Virus genome (UHGV): UHGV-0169486
Origin: a virus
Reading direction: 5' to 3' (one strand)
DNA: 50,405 nt
Made by a program: the position numbers and the translations under genes. Below, piece by piece: positions 1 to 8,728 of the stretch. Each line of letters begins with the position of its first letter. The first letter of the stretch is position 1. The notes below the pieces were generated by a model. The model did no database searches. It saw only the letters and a list, made by a program, of their open reading frames with translations, and was not told where the DNA came from.

Positions 1-95
1 TTGCTTGGCTTAATGCGTTTTCTTCGTTATAGAGCGTTTAAGGGCTTTTCACGAAATTAACCAAAACTGAGCGTAAAGTTTACGATCTGCTGGCT

Positions 96-284
96 GTGCA
101 TTGCCGGACGGGAGGTTATCAAATATCACTTATCATGCTTGCTGACAGGTTGGGAGTGAGTCGGCAAAGTGTTAAGCTAGCGATCCGATCTCTGGAACAG
201 GCCGGAGTAATAGCCATTTGCAGGAGTAAATTGCATGGACGCCAACAAGCTAACGTTTATGTCATCTTAAAAATCAAAAAATAG
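96..284 (+). CDS. small winged-helix DNA-binding protein (start uncertain, possibly truncated)
   Basis: ORF track; HTH-like segment LADRLGVSRQSVKLAIRSLEQAGVI; in-frame stop at 39-41, no in-frame ATG before GTG at 96. Confidence 0.3.
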   Translation: MHCRTGGYQISLIMLADRLGVSRQSVKLAIRSLEQAGVIAICRSKLHGRQQANVYVILKIKK

Positions 285-413
285 CCACCTGATAGCGCCT
301 CTGACGCAAGAAAGACACTGCACTCTTATAAGTGGGTTACGCGGTGGGATTTTGCGTTGTAGCGCGTTTTACGGGAAATAAATATACATTCTGTAAACAT
401 GAGGAATAACGTT

Positions 414-1532
414 ATGTCACAAAGAAAGATCAGCGATGAGGAATTAATCGCTGAACATAACAGCGGCCTGACGTATAAACAGATCGCTGAGAAGTACGGC
501 ATGGCAAAACGCAACGTCGAGCGCCTGGGCGCACGGCTGGCGAAACGCGGTTTAATATCCACGCGCCGCGCGCCGGGTTTTGGTGTCAATGGTGAATCAT
601 TGCTCGTTGATAAAGATGGCAATGTAATCATGCGCTGGATTAAAACGGCCCGTGACCGTGAGGAAATGGAAAGGCTAATGCAGGCAGCTTGTGACGCATT
701 TACGGAAGAAATGCCGCGCGAGGAAGCCGTGCCAGTGCCGGAAATTGATTTTCAGAAAAGCCTGGCCCTTTATCCGGTATTCGATCTGCATATCGGGGCG
801 CTTGCGCATAAAGCTGAATGCGGAGAAAGCTACGACACCGGGATCGCTGAACGCGTGTTAAATGACTTCTTTGACTACGCTGTAGGCGCTGCACCAACGT
901 CTGAAAAAGCTGTATTGCTTCTCGGCGGTGATGTGCTTCACACGGACGGGCTATTACCAGTGACGCCATCAAGTAATCACGTCTTAGATTGCGATTCACG
1001 CTACGCAAAACTTGTTTATGTGGCGATCCGGTCGGTCCGGCGTGCGGTGGGGAAAATGTTGTTAAACCATAAGGACGTCGAGATCCAGGTGTTATCCGGC
1101 AATCACGATCAGTCGGGGATGATTTGGCTACGTGCGGCGCTGGCGGCTTTTTACGAAGATGAACCGCGCGTAACGGTTGATGTGTCCCCTGCTATCGTCC
1201 ACCACACACAATACGGAAAAACATTCCTTGCTTACCACCACGGACACACCATCAAAAAACCAGAAACCTTACTTGCTGCCTGTGTTTCTGACTGGCGGGA
1301 GGATTTCGGTAAATCGTCGTCAGTTTACGCTCATTGCGGACACTGGCATCACCAGCGGCTGATTGAATCATCGTTAGGCGTTGTCGAGTATCACGGAACG
1401 TTAGCTGGCAAAGATGCTTACTCGACGAATGGCGGCTGGCGTTCACGGCGGCTGGCGGCGGTGATTATTTACAGCCCGGCTCATGGAGAAATTGGGCGCT
1501 TTGTTTATTACCCTGAATATTCCATTTTGTAA
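414..1532 (+). CDS. HTH domain fused to calcineurin-like metallophosphoesterase
   Basis: Motifs DLHIG, GGDVLHTDG, GNHD, HHGH, GHWHH in canonical order; N-terminal HTH LTYKQIAEKYGMAKRNVERL; ATG 414 has GAGGAA RBS (track start 399 lacks one). Confidence 0.75.
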   Translation: MSQRKISDEELIAEHNSGLTYKQIAEKYGMAKRNVERLGARLAKRGLISTRRAPGFGVNGESLLVDKDGNVIMRWIKTARDREEMERLMQAACDAFTEEMPREEAVPVPEIDFQKSLALYPVFDLHIGALAHKAECGESYDTGIAERVLNDFFDYAVGAAPTSEKAVLLLGGDVLHTDGLLPVTPSSNHVLDCDSRYAKLVYVAIRSVRRAVGKMLLNHKDVEIQVLSGNHDQSGMIWLRAALAAFYEDEPRVTVDVSPAIVHHTQYGKTFLAYHHGHTIKKPETLLAACVSDWREDFGKSSSVYAHCGHWHHQRLIESSLGVVEYHGTLAGKDAYSTNGGWRSRRLAAVIIYSPAHGEIGRFVYYPEYSIL

Positions 1533-1550
1533 ACATGAGGTAATGCCATA

Positions 1551-2972
1551 ATGATAACTGACCAAGTAAACTCATTGCGGCAGGAGCGCGAAGCGGCTGT
1601 TATAGGTGGCCTCCTGTTAGGCGGGCTTACTCCTAACGCGCAAGATGTTCTTGCTACACTCGATCCTGATGTATTCACTATTCCTCTGTACAGGCGCGCG
1701 TTCGAAATCATCAGGGCGCAAGCCAGAAACAGAAATCTTATCGACGCGTTATTGGTTGGTGATGAAATCGGTAACGAAAATTTCATACCGCTAATGCAAA
1801 CGGCGCGATCGTGTCCTTCTGCTGCCAACCTGAAAGGGTACGCGCAGCTACTACAGGAAGAACACCAGCGGCGGCAAATGCTGGAGCTAATGGAAGACGT
1901 TCGCTACAAGCTGGAAACGGGGACGCTTGAAGTTGTCAAAGAGACGATGAAAGATTTTGATTCCCGGTATTCAAAATTAAAGGTAACAAAAGATCAGATT
2001 ATCCCGGTGCTGTTGCGCGATGCTGTCCAGGAATACACGGAAGTGCTAAGTAAACGCATGGAGTGTGGCGTGAACTCTGACAACATCAAAACAGGGATTG
2101 ACCCACTCGACGAAATGTTAGGCGGCATTAACGCTACTGATCTGGTGCTTATCGCCGGACGCCCGGGGTCTGGTAAATCGGCGTTGGCGTTGGCAATTGC
2201 CCGCGCGGCGGCTGGACGCCAATACCCTGGCGGAGAAGGTCAGCGGGTCGGCGTTTTGCTGTTCACGCTTGAAATGTCGCTCGATCAGATGACTGAACGA
2301 GCTATCGCTGGCGCTGGGAATTTATCAACGGATTGCCTACGTAATCCGGTAAAACTGGATGACGAAGGATGGGCGCACGTTGCCCGGGGGATGAGCGCCC
2401 TTGCCGATCTCGATGTGTGGATTGTTGACGCATCGCAGTTAACGGTTGAGGAAATACGCGCCACCGTCGAACGGATGAAACAGGACCATCCTAATCTTGG
2501 AATGGTGATGATTGACTACATCGGGTTAATGAAACTGGCTAAGGCCGAACGTCATGATCTCGCCGTAGGGCAATTGTCGTGGTCATTGAAAATGATGGCG
2601 AAAGAGTTGCGCGTGCCAGTGGCGGCGCTGGCGCAATTATCCCGCCGCGTTGAAGAACGACCGAACAAGCGCCCGAACAATTCTGATCTGCGTGATTCCG
2701 GTAATCTTGAACAAGACGCAGACCGGATCATCATGGTCTACCGCGACGGCTACTACAACGAACAATCAGTTGCCCGCGAATACATGGAGATCATCGTTTC
2801 AAAAAACCGTTACGGGAAAACGGGGACTGTTTACCAGCGGTTTGACGATAACGGCAACATCATTCCATGCAACCAGGCTCGCGCGGCGTCCGCCTGCATC
2901 CAGTCAATGCAACAACGTCCGGCAGCAAGCCGATTCTCCACACGAAATAACCAGAATAACGCATCCTTTTAA
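1551..2972 (+). CDS. DnaB-family replicative helicase
   Basis: Walker A GRPGSGKS, DnaB-like N-terminal domain, RecA-like C-terminal domain; GAGG RBS. Confidence 0.85.
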   Translation: MITDQVNSLRQEREAAVIGGLLLGGLTPNAQDVLATLDPDVFTIPLYRRAFEIIRAQARNRNLIDALLVGDEIGNENFIPLMQTARSCPSAANLKGYAQLLQEEHQRRQMLELMEDVRYKLETGTLEVVKETMKDFDSRYSKLKVTKDQIIPVLLRDAVQEYTEVLSKRMECGVNSDNIKTGIDPLDEMLGGINATDLVLIAGRPGSGKSALALAIARAAAGRQYPGGEGQRVGVLLFTLEMSLDQMTERAIAGAGNLSTDCLRNPVKLDDEGWAHVARGMSALADLDVWIVDASQLTVEEIRATVERMKQDHPNLGMVMIDYIGLMKLAKAERHDLAVGQLSWSLKMMAKELRVPVAALAQLSRRVEERPNKRPNNSDLRDSGNLEQDADRIIMVYRDGYYNEQSVAREYMEIIVSKNRYGKTGTVYQRFDDNGNIIPCNQARAASACIQSMQQRPAASRFSTRNNQNNASF

Positions 2973-3051
2973 TTAACTTGAGCAAACGGCTTACCGGAAA
3001 GTTGATCTCTTTCTGGTGGCTGTTTTCGCGCTTAAAACGAGACGAAAAACA

Positions 3052-3609
3052 ATGAGCATTGAACTTGAAACAAAAGTTATCAATATCCTTGAACTGGACT
3101 GCATCGCAACAATGCACCAGCTACGCCAGAAAACCGGATTATCAGCGAAATATGACGAAGCCGGATGTTTGCCTGAGACAATTAAACACTTGATTGATAC
3201 TGGTATTGTCGAGCGTGTATATACATATTTCGGACCGCGCCGCAGATTATTGGGGTATCGAATTAAATATTTGTATGCACAACGTCGTGATCGTGTGGCG
3301 GCGTTATTTAGTGACTACAGCGTTAAGAAGCGTATGCGTGACATTAGCGCGGAAACTGGTATCCCGTGGAATTACCTGTCGCGCACGCTGCGTTTAATGG
3401 TACTTGATGAAACGCTTTGCATAGACACCAAAAAACACGGCCTTAACTTTTACTCACTGTTTAAACCTGGGCGCTTTGGTCACGCTAATGATCTCGCGTT
3501 TGATTTTGACAGCCGCCTGAATGAATACCGGAAAAATAACGGCCTGTTACCGGATAAACCAGTATTTGAGATCGAAAAACTTAACGGTGAAACGGGGTTA
3601 GAATTATGA
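3052..3609 (+). CDS. hypothetical protein
   Basis: ORF track (3016..3609); ATG 3052 preferred over upstream GTG; same operon as helicase. Confidence 0.5.
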   Translation: MSIELETKVINILELDCIATMHQLRQKTGLSAKYDEAGCLPETIKHLIDTGIVERVYTYFGPRRRLLGYRIKYLYAQRRDRVAALFSDYSVKKRMRDISAETGIPWNYLSRTLRLMVLDETLCIDTKKHGLNFYSLFKPGRFGHANDLAFDFDSRLNEYRKNNGLLPDKPVFEIEKLNGETGLEL

Positions 3610-3812
3610 GACGGGTAATCTTTTATTCAGTTGAAACGTTTGTCGACGATACGCGCGTTTATTATCCGTGGGAAGTATACGACGCAAAGGTGTATACACC
3701 GCCACTGATGCGGAAATATAAACACGTAAAATTTAACCGGGTTTTTGTGCCAATGCACGATGCATTGCGGGCGCTGCGTGGGGAATTGCGAAACACAATG
3801 CGGATTGTGTAA
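3606..3812 (+). CDS. hypothetical protein
   Basis: ORF track; ATGA start/stop overlap with upstream gene. Confidence 0.5.
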   Translation: MRRVIFYSVETFVDDTRVYYPWEVYDAKVYTPPLMRKYKHVKFNRVFVPMHDALRALRGELRNTMRIV

Positions 3813-3821
3813 GGGGGAATT

Positions 3822-4019
3822 ATGGACAAGGATTTAGAATTGACCGTGGAGGATTTAAGCACGATCGCGGAATACATGCGCGGCGATGATCCTGATAAGC
3901 CTGTCACGGTTGATATGAAAAGATTAAAGGAAAAATACATGACAAGCTCGCGGCTAATTTCTTTGCAGGCGATTATGTATGCGCGTGCTATATGGCGAAA
4001 TAGTAACGGTGTATCATGA
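3822..4019 (+). CDS. hypothetical protein
   Basis: ORF track; RBS AAGGGGG upstream of ATG. Confidence 0.5.
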   Translation: MDKDLELTVEDLSTIAEYMRGDDPDKPVTVDMKRLKEKYMTSSRLISLQAIMYARAIWRNSNGVS

Positions 4020-4447
4020 GGCAAATTAGATTTGAGATAGTCAACGACGCAGTGAAAGAAAATGCTATCAGGCAGATAAGAGAGATCCAGCCTGATAGCA
4101 AAAGCCCGCTGATAATCACCATTCAGGAGAAAACCCGCTCGCTAAGCCAAAATGCGTTGCTTTGGGCGCTGTTGACCGACATTAGCGATCAGGTTAATTG
4201 GTACGGTAAGAAGCTGTCGCCGGAAGACTGGAAAGCGGTATTCACTGCCGGACTTAAGAAATATGGCGTAGTCCCTAACCTGGATAAATCAGGCTTCGTT
4301 GTATTGGGAACGTCTACAAGTCGAATGAGTAAATCAGAATTCAGCGAACTAATCGAATTGATTTACTCGTTCGGCGCGGAACATGATGTTCAATGGTCGG
4401 GTGATACGAAATTAAACGAGGAATTTATAAAACGCTGGGGGCAATAA
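4016..4447 (+). CDS. ninB: NinB-like recombination protein
   Basis: Recalled similarity to lambda NinB (QERNRSLDQN / VFTAALK / GFVVIGQSTSRM equivalents); ATGA overlap with upstream gene. Confidence 0.8.
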   Translation: MRQIRFEIVNDAVKENAIRQIREIQPDSKSPLIITIQEKTRSLSQNALLWALLTDISDQVNWYGKKLSPEDWKAVFTAGLKKYGVVPNLDKSGFVVLGTSTSRMSKSEFSELIELIYSFGAEHDVQWSGDTKLNEEFIKRWGQ

Positions 4448-4623
4448 TGGCGCGTTATTACATGGCTAAACCTACCGGAATTTTGTATAAGGTTGATGGC
4501 GAATATGTTTATTACTTCCACAACCAGGCGCGGGAGTGGCGATTGTGTCACGCTCACTTTCAGCACGAAATAGAAAATCACCCTGAATATTTTATCAAAG
4601 TTGACAACGTAACTGTGGCGTAA
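4447..4623 (+). CDS. hypothetical small protein (58 aa, below track cutoff)
   Basis: Own translation MARYYMAKPTGILYKVDGEYVYYFHNQAREW...; start overlaps NinB stop (TAATG). Confidence 0.4.
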   Translation: MARYYMAKPTGILYKVDGEYVYYFHNQAREWRLCHAHFQHEIENHPEYFIKVDNVTVA

Positions 4624-4638
4624 TTGAGGATAAGCAAA

Positions 4639-5292
4639 ATGAATAAACTAAAAGCAATTGGCGTGATTAGCCATCGCACTAACCCTGAATGTTACCCATC
4701 GTTTGAGGTAACAACATGCCGCACAGAATATAATTTTGGATCATACTATTTATTGGGTGTCCGCGCTGACACTGGCGGCACTTATTCGGTTATGGCTGCA
4801 AGCTGGAAATTTGATAAATACGCTAATTTATCGAATAAGGATGATGACGGCATGAATAAAGAAAGTGAAATCATTGATGAATTAATCGAAGATGAACGCC
4901 ATGATTGCGAAACACAACAAGAAAAAACAGAATGGAAGCCAGGAGAAAAGCCGCCGTGCGGCGTGTGGCTTGATTGTTATTATCCTGATGGCTATTACAT
5001 TGGGATTGTAATGTTTAAGTTTATCGGTGATAAATACGGGGTATACACAGAAAAAGGCAGTATACAGAAAGAAAATGCTATTGAATGGGGTTTTTATAAT
5101 TATTATTTATACGTTGATCCGAAAGAAAAAGCACTGGCGCAAATTGCGTTTGCTCTGGCTACGAAGGTTATTGGTGAGGATGCGGCAGGAGAAATAAATT
5201 TCAATCGTGATAATGATTATTCGCGTGATTATCGCAATATGGCGCAAGCTATTATTGACGGATGTATCGGACACGTTGAATACACGGAATAA
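4639..5292 (+). CDS. hypothetical protein, AT-rich accessory gene
   Basis: ORF track (4624..5292); ATG 4639 with GAGGA RBS; AT-rich codon usage by eye; Cys-containing, no recognised domain. Confidence 0.55.
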   Translation: MNKLKAIGVISHRTNPECYPSFEVTTCRTEYNFGSYYLLGVRADTGGTYSVMAASWKFDKYANLSNKDDDGMNKESEIIDELIEDERHDCETQQEKTEWKPGEKPPCGVWLDCYYPDGYYIGIVMFKFIGDKYGVYTEKGSIQKENAIEWGFYNYYLYVDPKEKALAQIAFALATKVIGEDAAGEINFNRDNDYSRDYRNMAQAIIDGCIGHVEYTE

Positions 5293-5426
5293 TGGATAAA
5301 ACAGGGACAATCCTTCTTAGTCGCCCTGCCATCTGCCGGATGCTTGGTGGAATTAGCAGGGGAACATTTTATTTATGGCGTAAAAAATGGGAACGGAACG
5401 GAACTCCGTTCCCCTGTCTGGAATGA
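5292..5426 (+). CDS. AlpA-like small HTH protein (44 aa)
   Basis: Own translation MDKTGTILLSRPAICRMLGGISRGTFYLWRKKWERNGTPFPCLE; GISRGTFY..W....FP pattern typical of AlpA/excisionase-like HTH; TAATG coupling to upstream gene. Confidence 0.4.
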   Translation: MDKTGTILLSRPAICRMLGGISRGTFYLWRKKWERNGTPFPCLE

Positions 5427-5511
5427 TTAACGACATGAATAATCATTTGTAAAACAGCATGTTATGTTATCTTTGCTTTGGATTTTTGATATTTGGTCAC
5501 TATTTGGTACA

Positions 5512-5541
5512 CAAAAAGAAACGAGGAGTTAGCCTCGTTTC
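5512..5541 (-). terminator. rho-independent terminator at end of minus-strand late block
   Basis: Stem GAAACGAGG/CCTCGTTTC, 6-nt loop, T-run on minus strand; immediately downstream of 5585..5851 gene. Confidence 0.6.
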
Positions 5542-5584
5542 GCGGCGATGTCTTCAACATCACCATGCTGTTGCTGTCGCACCA

Positions 5585-5851
5585 TCAAGCCCATGCGCGG
5601 ACGCCTGGATCTAGAACGATGAATTTTTCCAGCGGCGACAAATCAACATCGTCGCCAGTAATGCGCATGTTGACGTAATAGCCCTTTTTCTCAATCAGTA
5701 CAGGTGTCTCACTTTCTGGATCATCGAATACAGGCACAAAACCAATTTCATCAACAAATACGGTTGACCAGTTGGCGTCCAGCCAGCCGCTCTTAATCAC
5801 AATATCGTTGTATTGCTGTTTATCAGTAAATTGCAAGCTAACATCTTTCAT
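5585..5851 (-). CDS. hypothetical protein downstream of tail fiber (possible fiber accessory/assembly protein)
   Basis: ORF track (5585..5869); ATG 5851 with AAGGTGG RBS. Confidence 0.5.
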   Translation of the reverse strand: MKDVSLQFTDKQQYNDIVIKSGWLDANWSTVFVDEIGFVPVFDDPESETPVLIEKKGYYVNMRITGDDVDLSPLEKFIVLDPGVRAWA

Positions 5852-5861
5852 ATTCACCACC

Positions 5862-7625
5862 TTAAACAATCTCGCTCAATTGCGCATCGGTCAATGCTTT
5901 GTGCCATACCCTGAAATTTCTAATGTGTCCAAAAAGATGTCGCACCCCCGACGTGGCTTGCCCGCCAAAACGGATTGACGTAGCACTGACTGCGAATACA
6001 TTGCCGCTTGGTTTGGTTGTATATTTACCGTTGCACACGGCATCGACCGAAAGATTCTGCTGCGCGCGAACACCAGCAATAAAGTGACGGCTTTCGGGCT
6101 GAATTAACGGTTGCACCATTCCTACGTTAGCCGCAATCTCACCCGTGCTAACAAATCCAAGCGATAAGTAATTATCATTACTCCTATTACCTCCAACATC
6201 AAAAATTCGAGGCGATTGGTTTGGCGGCGTACCCCAGTTTACGTGCACCTCGACCAGTGATGTGAACGGTAGGGATGATAGATTGTTTTCTGCGAAGATA
6301 TTGACCATATCGCTGGCGCGCGTTGTCGGTAATGTGCCGGAGATGATATATGAGGACGCCCCTATTCCTAGCTCAACTTGCGGTGTGGTTAGTTCGATAT
6401 AATCCCCGGCAGCATAACTACTCACTGGCGAGATCTGGAACTGTGCGTTAACCAATGCCGTGGTGGATTGCAGCATCACCACCGCGCGATTCCATCCGGT
6501 GACCTCGTCTCTCTCAACTTCTACCGTGATACGTTTCGCAGCGCCACCAGTTTTAGACACTGACAAGTCGCTAAGTTTAATGTATGCGTCGCCGGAGAAA
6601 GTCATACTACTCTGATCCGCACCCTCTGCAAAACGCACGCGCAGACGTACATCCTTGTCGGACCGGAATCGGCATGATGCCGTTACATATTTCTCGTCAC
6701 CAGACGTATCAAGACTGTTAGCCGCAGTTACGGAAGCCATATTAAACGCCGTATTTTTTCCTACACCATCGGCCACGATCACGCACTTACCGTACAGGAA
6801 GCCGAAGGCATCCGTGTTTGCAGTTGTCGTAACTGACGGCGAGCACCCCCAGCTTGATGGAGTGTTACCGTTTATAATGTAGTTAGTTCTGGTCCCTTCA
6901 ACCAGCAGCCCTTCTCGTTCAAAACGTGGTTCGTCAATGGCTGCTTCCTTAAACACACCGGATTTGTTTATATAAGTTGCTTTTGACGCGCGTTTAAATT
7001 TAACGATCTTGTCACCTGGTACTGTTGTTTCTTCTTCACCAATAACAATCTTTTTATAGGAAGGGGAAAACCCGGTAATCATGTCGAGAGAGTCGTTAAA
7101 CGGTATCCATACGTCCGGCAGCGGCTGCAAAACATACGCGTAAGGCTGCGCTGTCTGATTGGCGTATTCGCGGGCCTCGTCTCTGTATGTCTTAGCTGAA
7201 TCGGCGGCGCTTGTCGCTGTTGTTGCAGCGTTGGTTGCAGTGGTAGCTGATTGTGACGCTAATTTTGATGCTGAAATCACATCTTTGTTGTCGCTGAAAA
7301 ATTCGACGGCGTCAGCTATTTCTGATTCCTTGCCTTGATAGTAACGCAGTGTTTCGGCGACATCCTGAGCAAGACCATCTACAGAGATCGAGTCTGAAAG
7401 CAGGATGCTAAATTTAGTGCCAGCCGGAATAGCAGGACTTGCCGAGGGGGTTACTGATAAACTTGTTGCGCTTTTTACCTCTGTAATTGAAAAAATCTGC
7501 ACCGGATCGCTAATGGCAATAAGAGTGCAACCAACCCTGATCAGAGATAATGCGGCGTTGAATTCAGTCCCTGTCCCGGTAACTGTTTTTCCGCTAACGG
7601 CTATCGTGCCTGTTGTGTAAATCAT
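5862..7625 (-). CDS. side tail fiber / receptor-binding protein
   Basis: ORF track (5862..7679); ATG 7625 with AAGGAG RBS lies downstream of a TATAAT promoter; Thr/Gly-rich N-terminus, Ala/Thr/Ser-rich central segment, C-terminal lectin-like region. Confidence 0.8.
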   Translation of the reverse strand: MIYTTGTIAVSGKTVTGTGTEFNAALSLIRVGCTLIAISDPVQIFSITEVKSATSLSVTPSASPAIPAGTKFSILLSDSISVDGLAQDVAETLRYYQGKESEIADAVEFFSDNKDVISASKLASQSATTATNAATTATSAADSAKTYRDEAREYANQTAQPYAYVLQPLPDVWIPFNDSLDMITGFSPSYKKIVIGEEETTVPGDKIVKFKRASKATYINKSGVFKEAAIDEPRFEREGLLVEGTRTNYIINGNTPSSWGCSPSVTTTANTDAFGFLYGKCVIVADGVGKNTAFNMASVTAANSLDTSGDEKYVTASCRFRSDKDVRLRVRFAEGADQSSMTFSGDAYIKLSDLSVSKTGGAAKRITVEVERDEVTGWNRAVVMLQSTTALVNAQFQISPVSSYAAGDYIELTTPQVELGIGASSYIISGTLPTTRASDMVNIFAENNLSSLPFTSLVEVHVNWGTPPNQSPRIFDVGGNRSNDNYLSLGFVSTGEIAANVGMVQPLIQPESRHFIAGVRAQQNLSVDAVCNGKYTTKPSGNVFAVSATSIRFGGQATSGVRHLFGHIRNFRVWHKALTDAQLSEIV

Positions 7626-7655
7626 CGCAATGACTCCTTTGTTATTAGTTATAAT

Positions 7656-7684
7656 ATTATACCAACTGTATTTGCTCACACAAA
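7656..7684 (-). promoter_or_regulatory. sigma70-like promoter for side tail fiber gene
   Basis: Perfect -10 TATAAT with TTTGTG 17 nt upstream, read on minus strand. Confidence 0.4.
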
Positions 7685-7732
7685 ATATGCATATTATTAT
7701 TTCTATAAGATATTAAATGTTGGGGGAATATC

Positions 7733-8695
7733 ATGGGGCAAGGTTTATACATAGATCTTAATGATGGCCGTCCGGCGATGGAAATTACTTCAGGATTAAG
7801 AGCGCCGTCATATTGCGGATCGTTTGGGTCAATTCCCGCCGAAACCACAAGCTATACATTCACAATGCCAACCTGCTTCCCTGGTGGTAGTGACGGTTTT
7901 TTCTTTTCATTAAAGCCTGCAACTATAAAAGAAGTTTATCCAACTACTAATGTATGCTGGATCAGCAATGTTACTAAGTTAAACTCTACTCAATGGAAGG
8001 TAGATTTTGGTTATGCAAACGGGCCCGGATGGGAAGGTGATACCGTACTGGTTAGCGGTTTGTTTTTTGAAATAGGATACCCAAGCAATAGCGGAGCTGG
8101 TTTATATATAAGAGATTCAACTGATTTCACTACGATAACAACGAATTCTAATTTATTATGTTGCACTTACGCTGGGAACATTACGTTTACTGGGACTTAT
8201 AATTTGCCGTCTGGAACTGTGGTGGCGTTTGGTAGATGGGATGATCCTAATGTTGTTGTTGAAAGATCAGGGAACACCATAAAGTGTACAAGAGTCGCGC
8301 TAGGGAGTGATTACATCACCGTTGACGCAACTGTTAACATGGATTTAGTTGTATTTAGAAGGCAGACTCCTGCTGCTGGCAATGCTGGATTGGTAATGAG
8401 GAATGCATCCGGTCAGGTTGTGTTCTCAACGGCACAAAGGCCGTTTGTTTTTGGTGGTACATTTAACATGGCTAATGGTAATCAATATATAGGCAATGCA
8501 TTCGTTCCTATAGCAAGATACGGCGCGTTAACTGAGAAAAACATAAATATGTACTATTATTACTATTACGGCGCAATAAGATCAGGTGGATACATTAGAC
8601 CAAGCAGGGGGAGTCTGATAGTTGCAAGGACAAATGGGAGGCATGTAAACGCTATCGCTAACATTAATTACCCGCTGTTACCAGCAATGTATTGA
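7733..8695 (+). CDS. hypothetical beta-rich protein with three internal repeats; AT-rich opposite-strand accessory gene
   Basis: ORF track; GGGGGAA RBS; AT-rich with AGA/AGG codons; convergent with J; followed by bidirectional terminator. Confidence 0.6.
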   Translation: MGQGLYIDLNDGRPAMEITSGLRAPSYCGSFGSIPAETTSYTFTMPTCFPGGSDGFFFSLKPATIKEVYPTTNVCWISNVTKLNSTQWKVDFGYANGPGWEGDTVLVSGLFFEIGYPSNSGAGLYIRDSTDFTTITTNSNLLCCTYAGNITFTGTYNLPSGTVVAFGRWDDPNVVVERSGNTIKCTRVALGSDYITVDATVNMDLVVFRRQTPAAGNAGLVMRNASGQVVFSTAQRPFVFGGTFNMANGNQYIGNAFVPIARYGALTEKNINMYYYYYYGAIRSGGYIRPSRGSLIVARTNGRHVNAIANINYPLLPAMY

Positions 8696-8728
8696 AAAAT
8701 AAAGCCCCTATGTAGGGGCTTTTTATTA
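8695..8728. terminator. bidirectional rho-independent terminator between J and the 7733..8695 gene
   Basis: Hairpin AAAGCCCC..GGGGCTTT flanked by A-run and T-run. Confidence 0.7.

Noticed and set aside
399-413. Track start codon ATG 399 for the HTH-phosphoesterase gene
   Set aside because: No Shine-Dalgarno sequence; ATG 414 is preceded by GAGGAA at optimal spacing.
5382-5414. Hairpin GGGAACGGA/TCCGTTCCC as terminator of the rightward operon
   Set aside because: It lies inside the AlpA-like ORF and has no T-run on the plus strand; a minus-strand role is possible, but the better late terminator is at 5512-5541.
7626-7679. Upstream start ATG 7679 for the side tail fiber
   Set aside because: It lies upstream of the TATAAT promoter -10 element and lacks an RBS; ATG 7625 has AAGGAG and begins the Thr/Gly-rich N-terminus.
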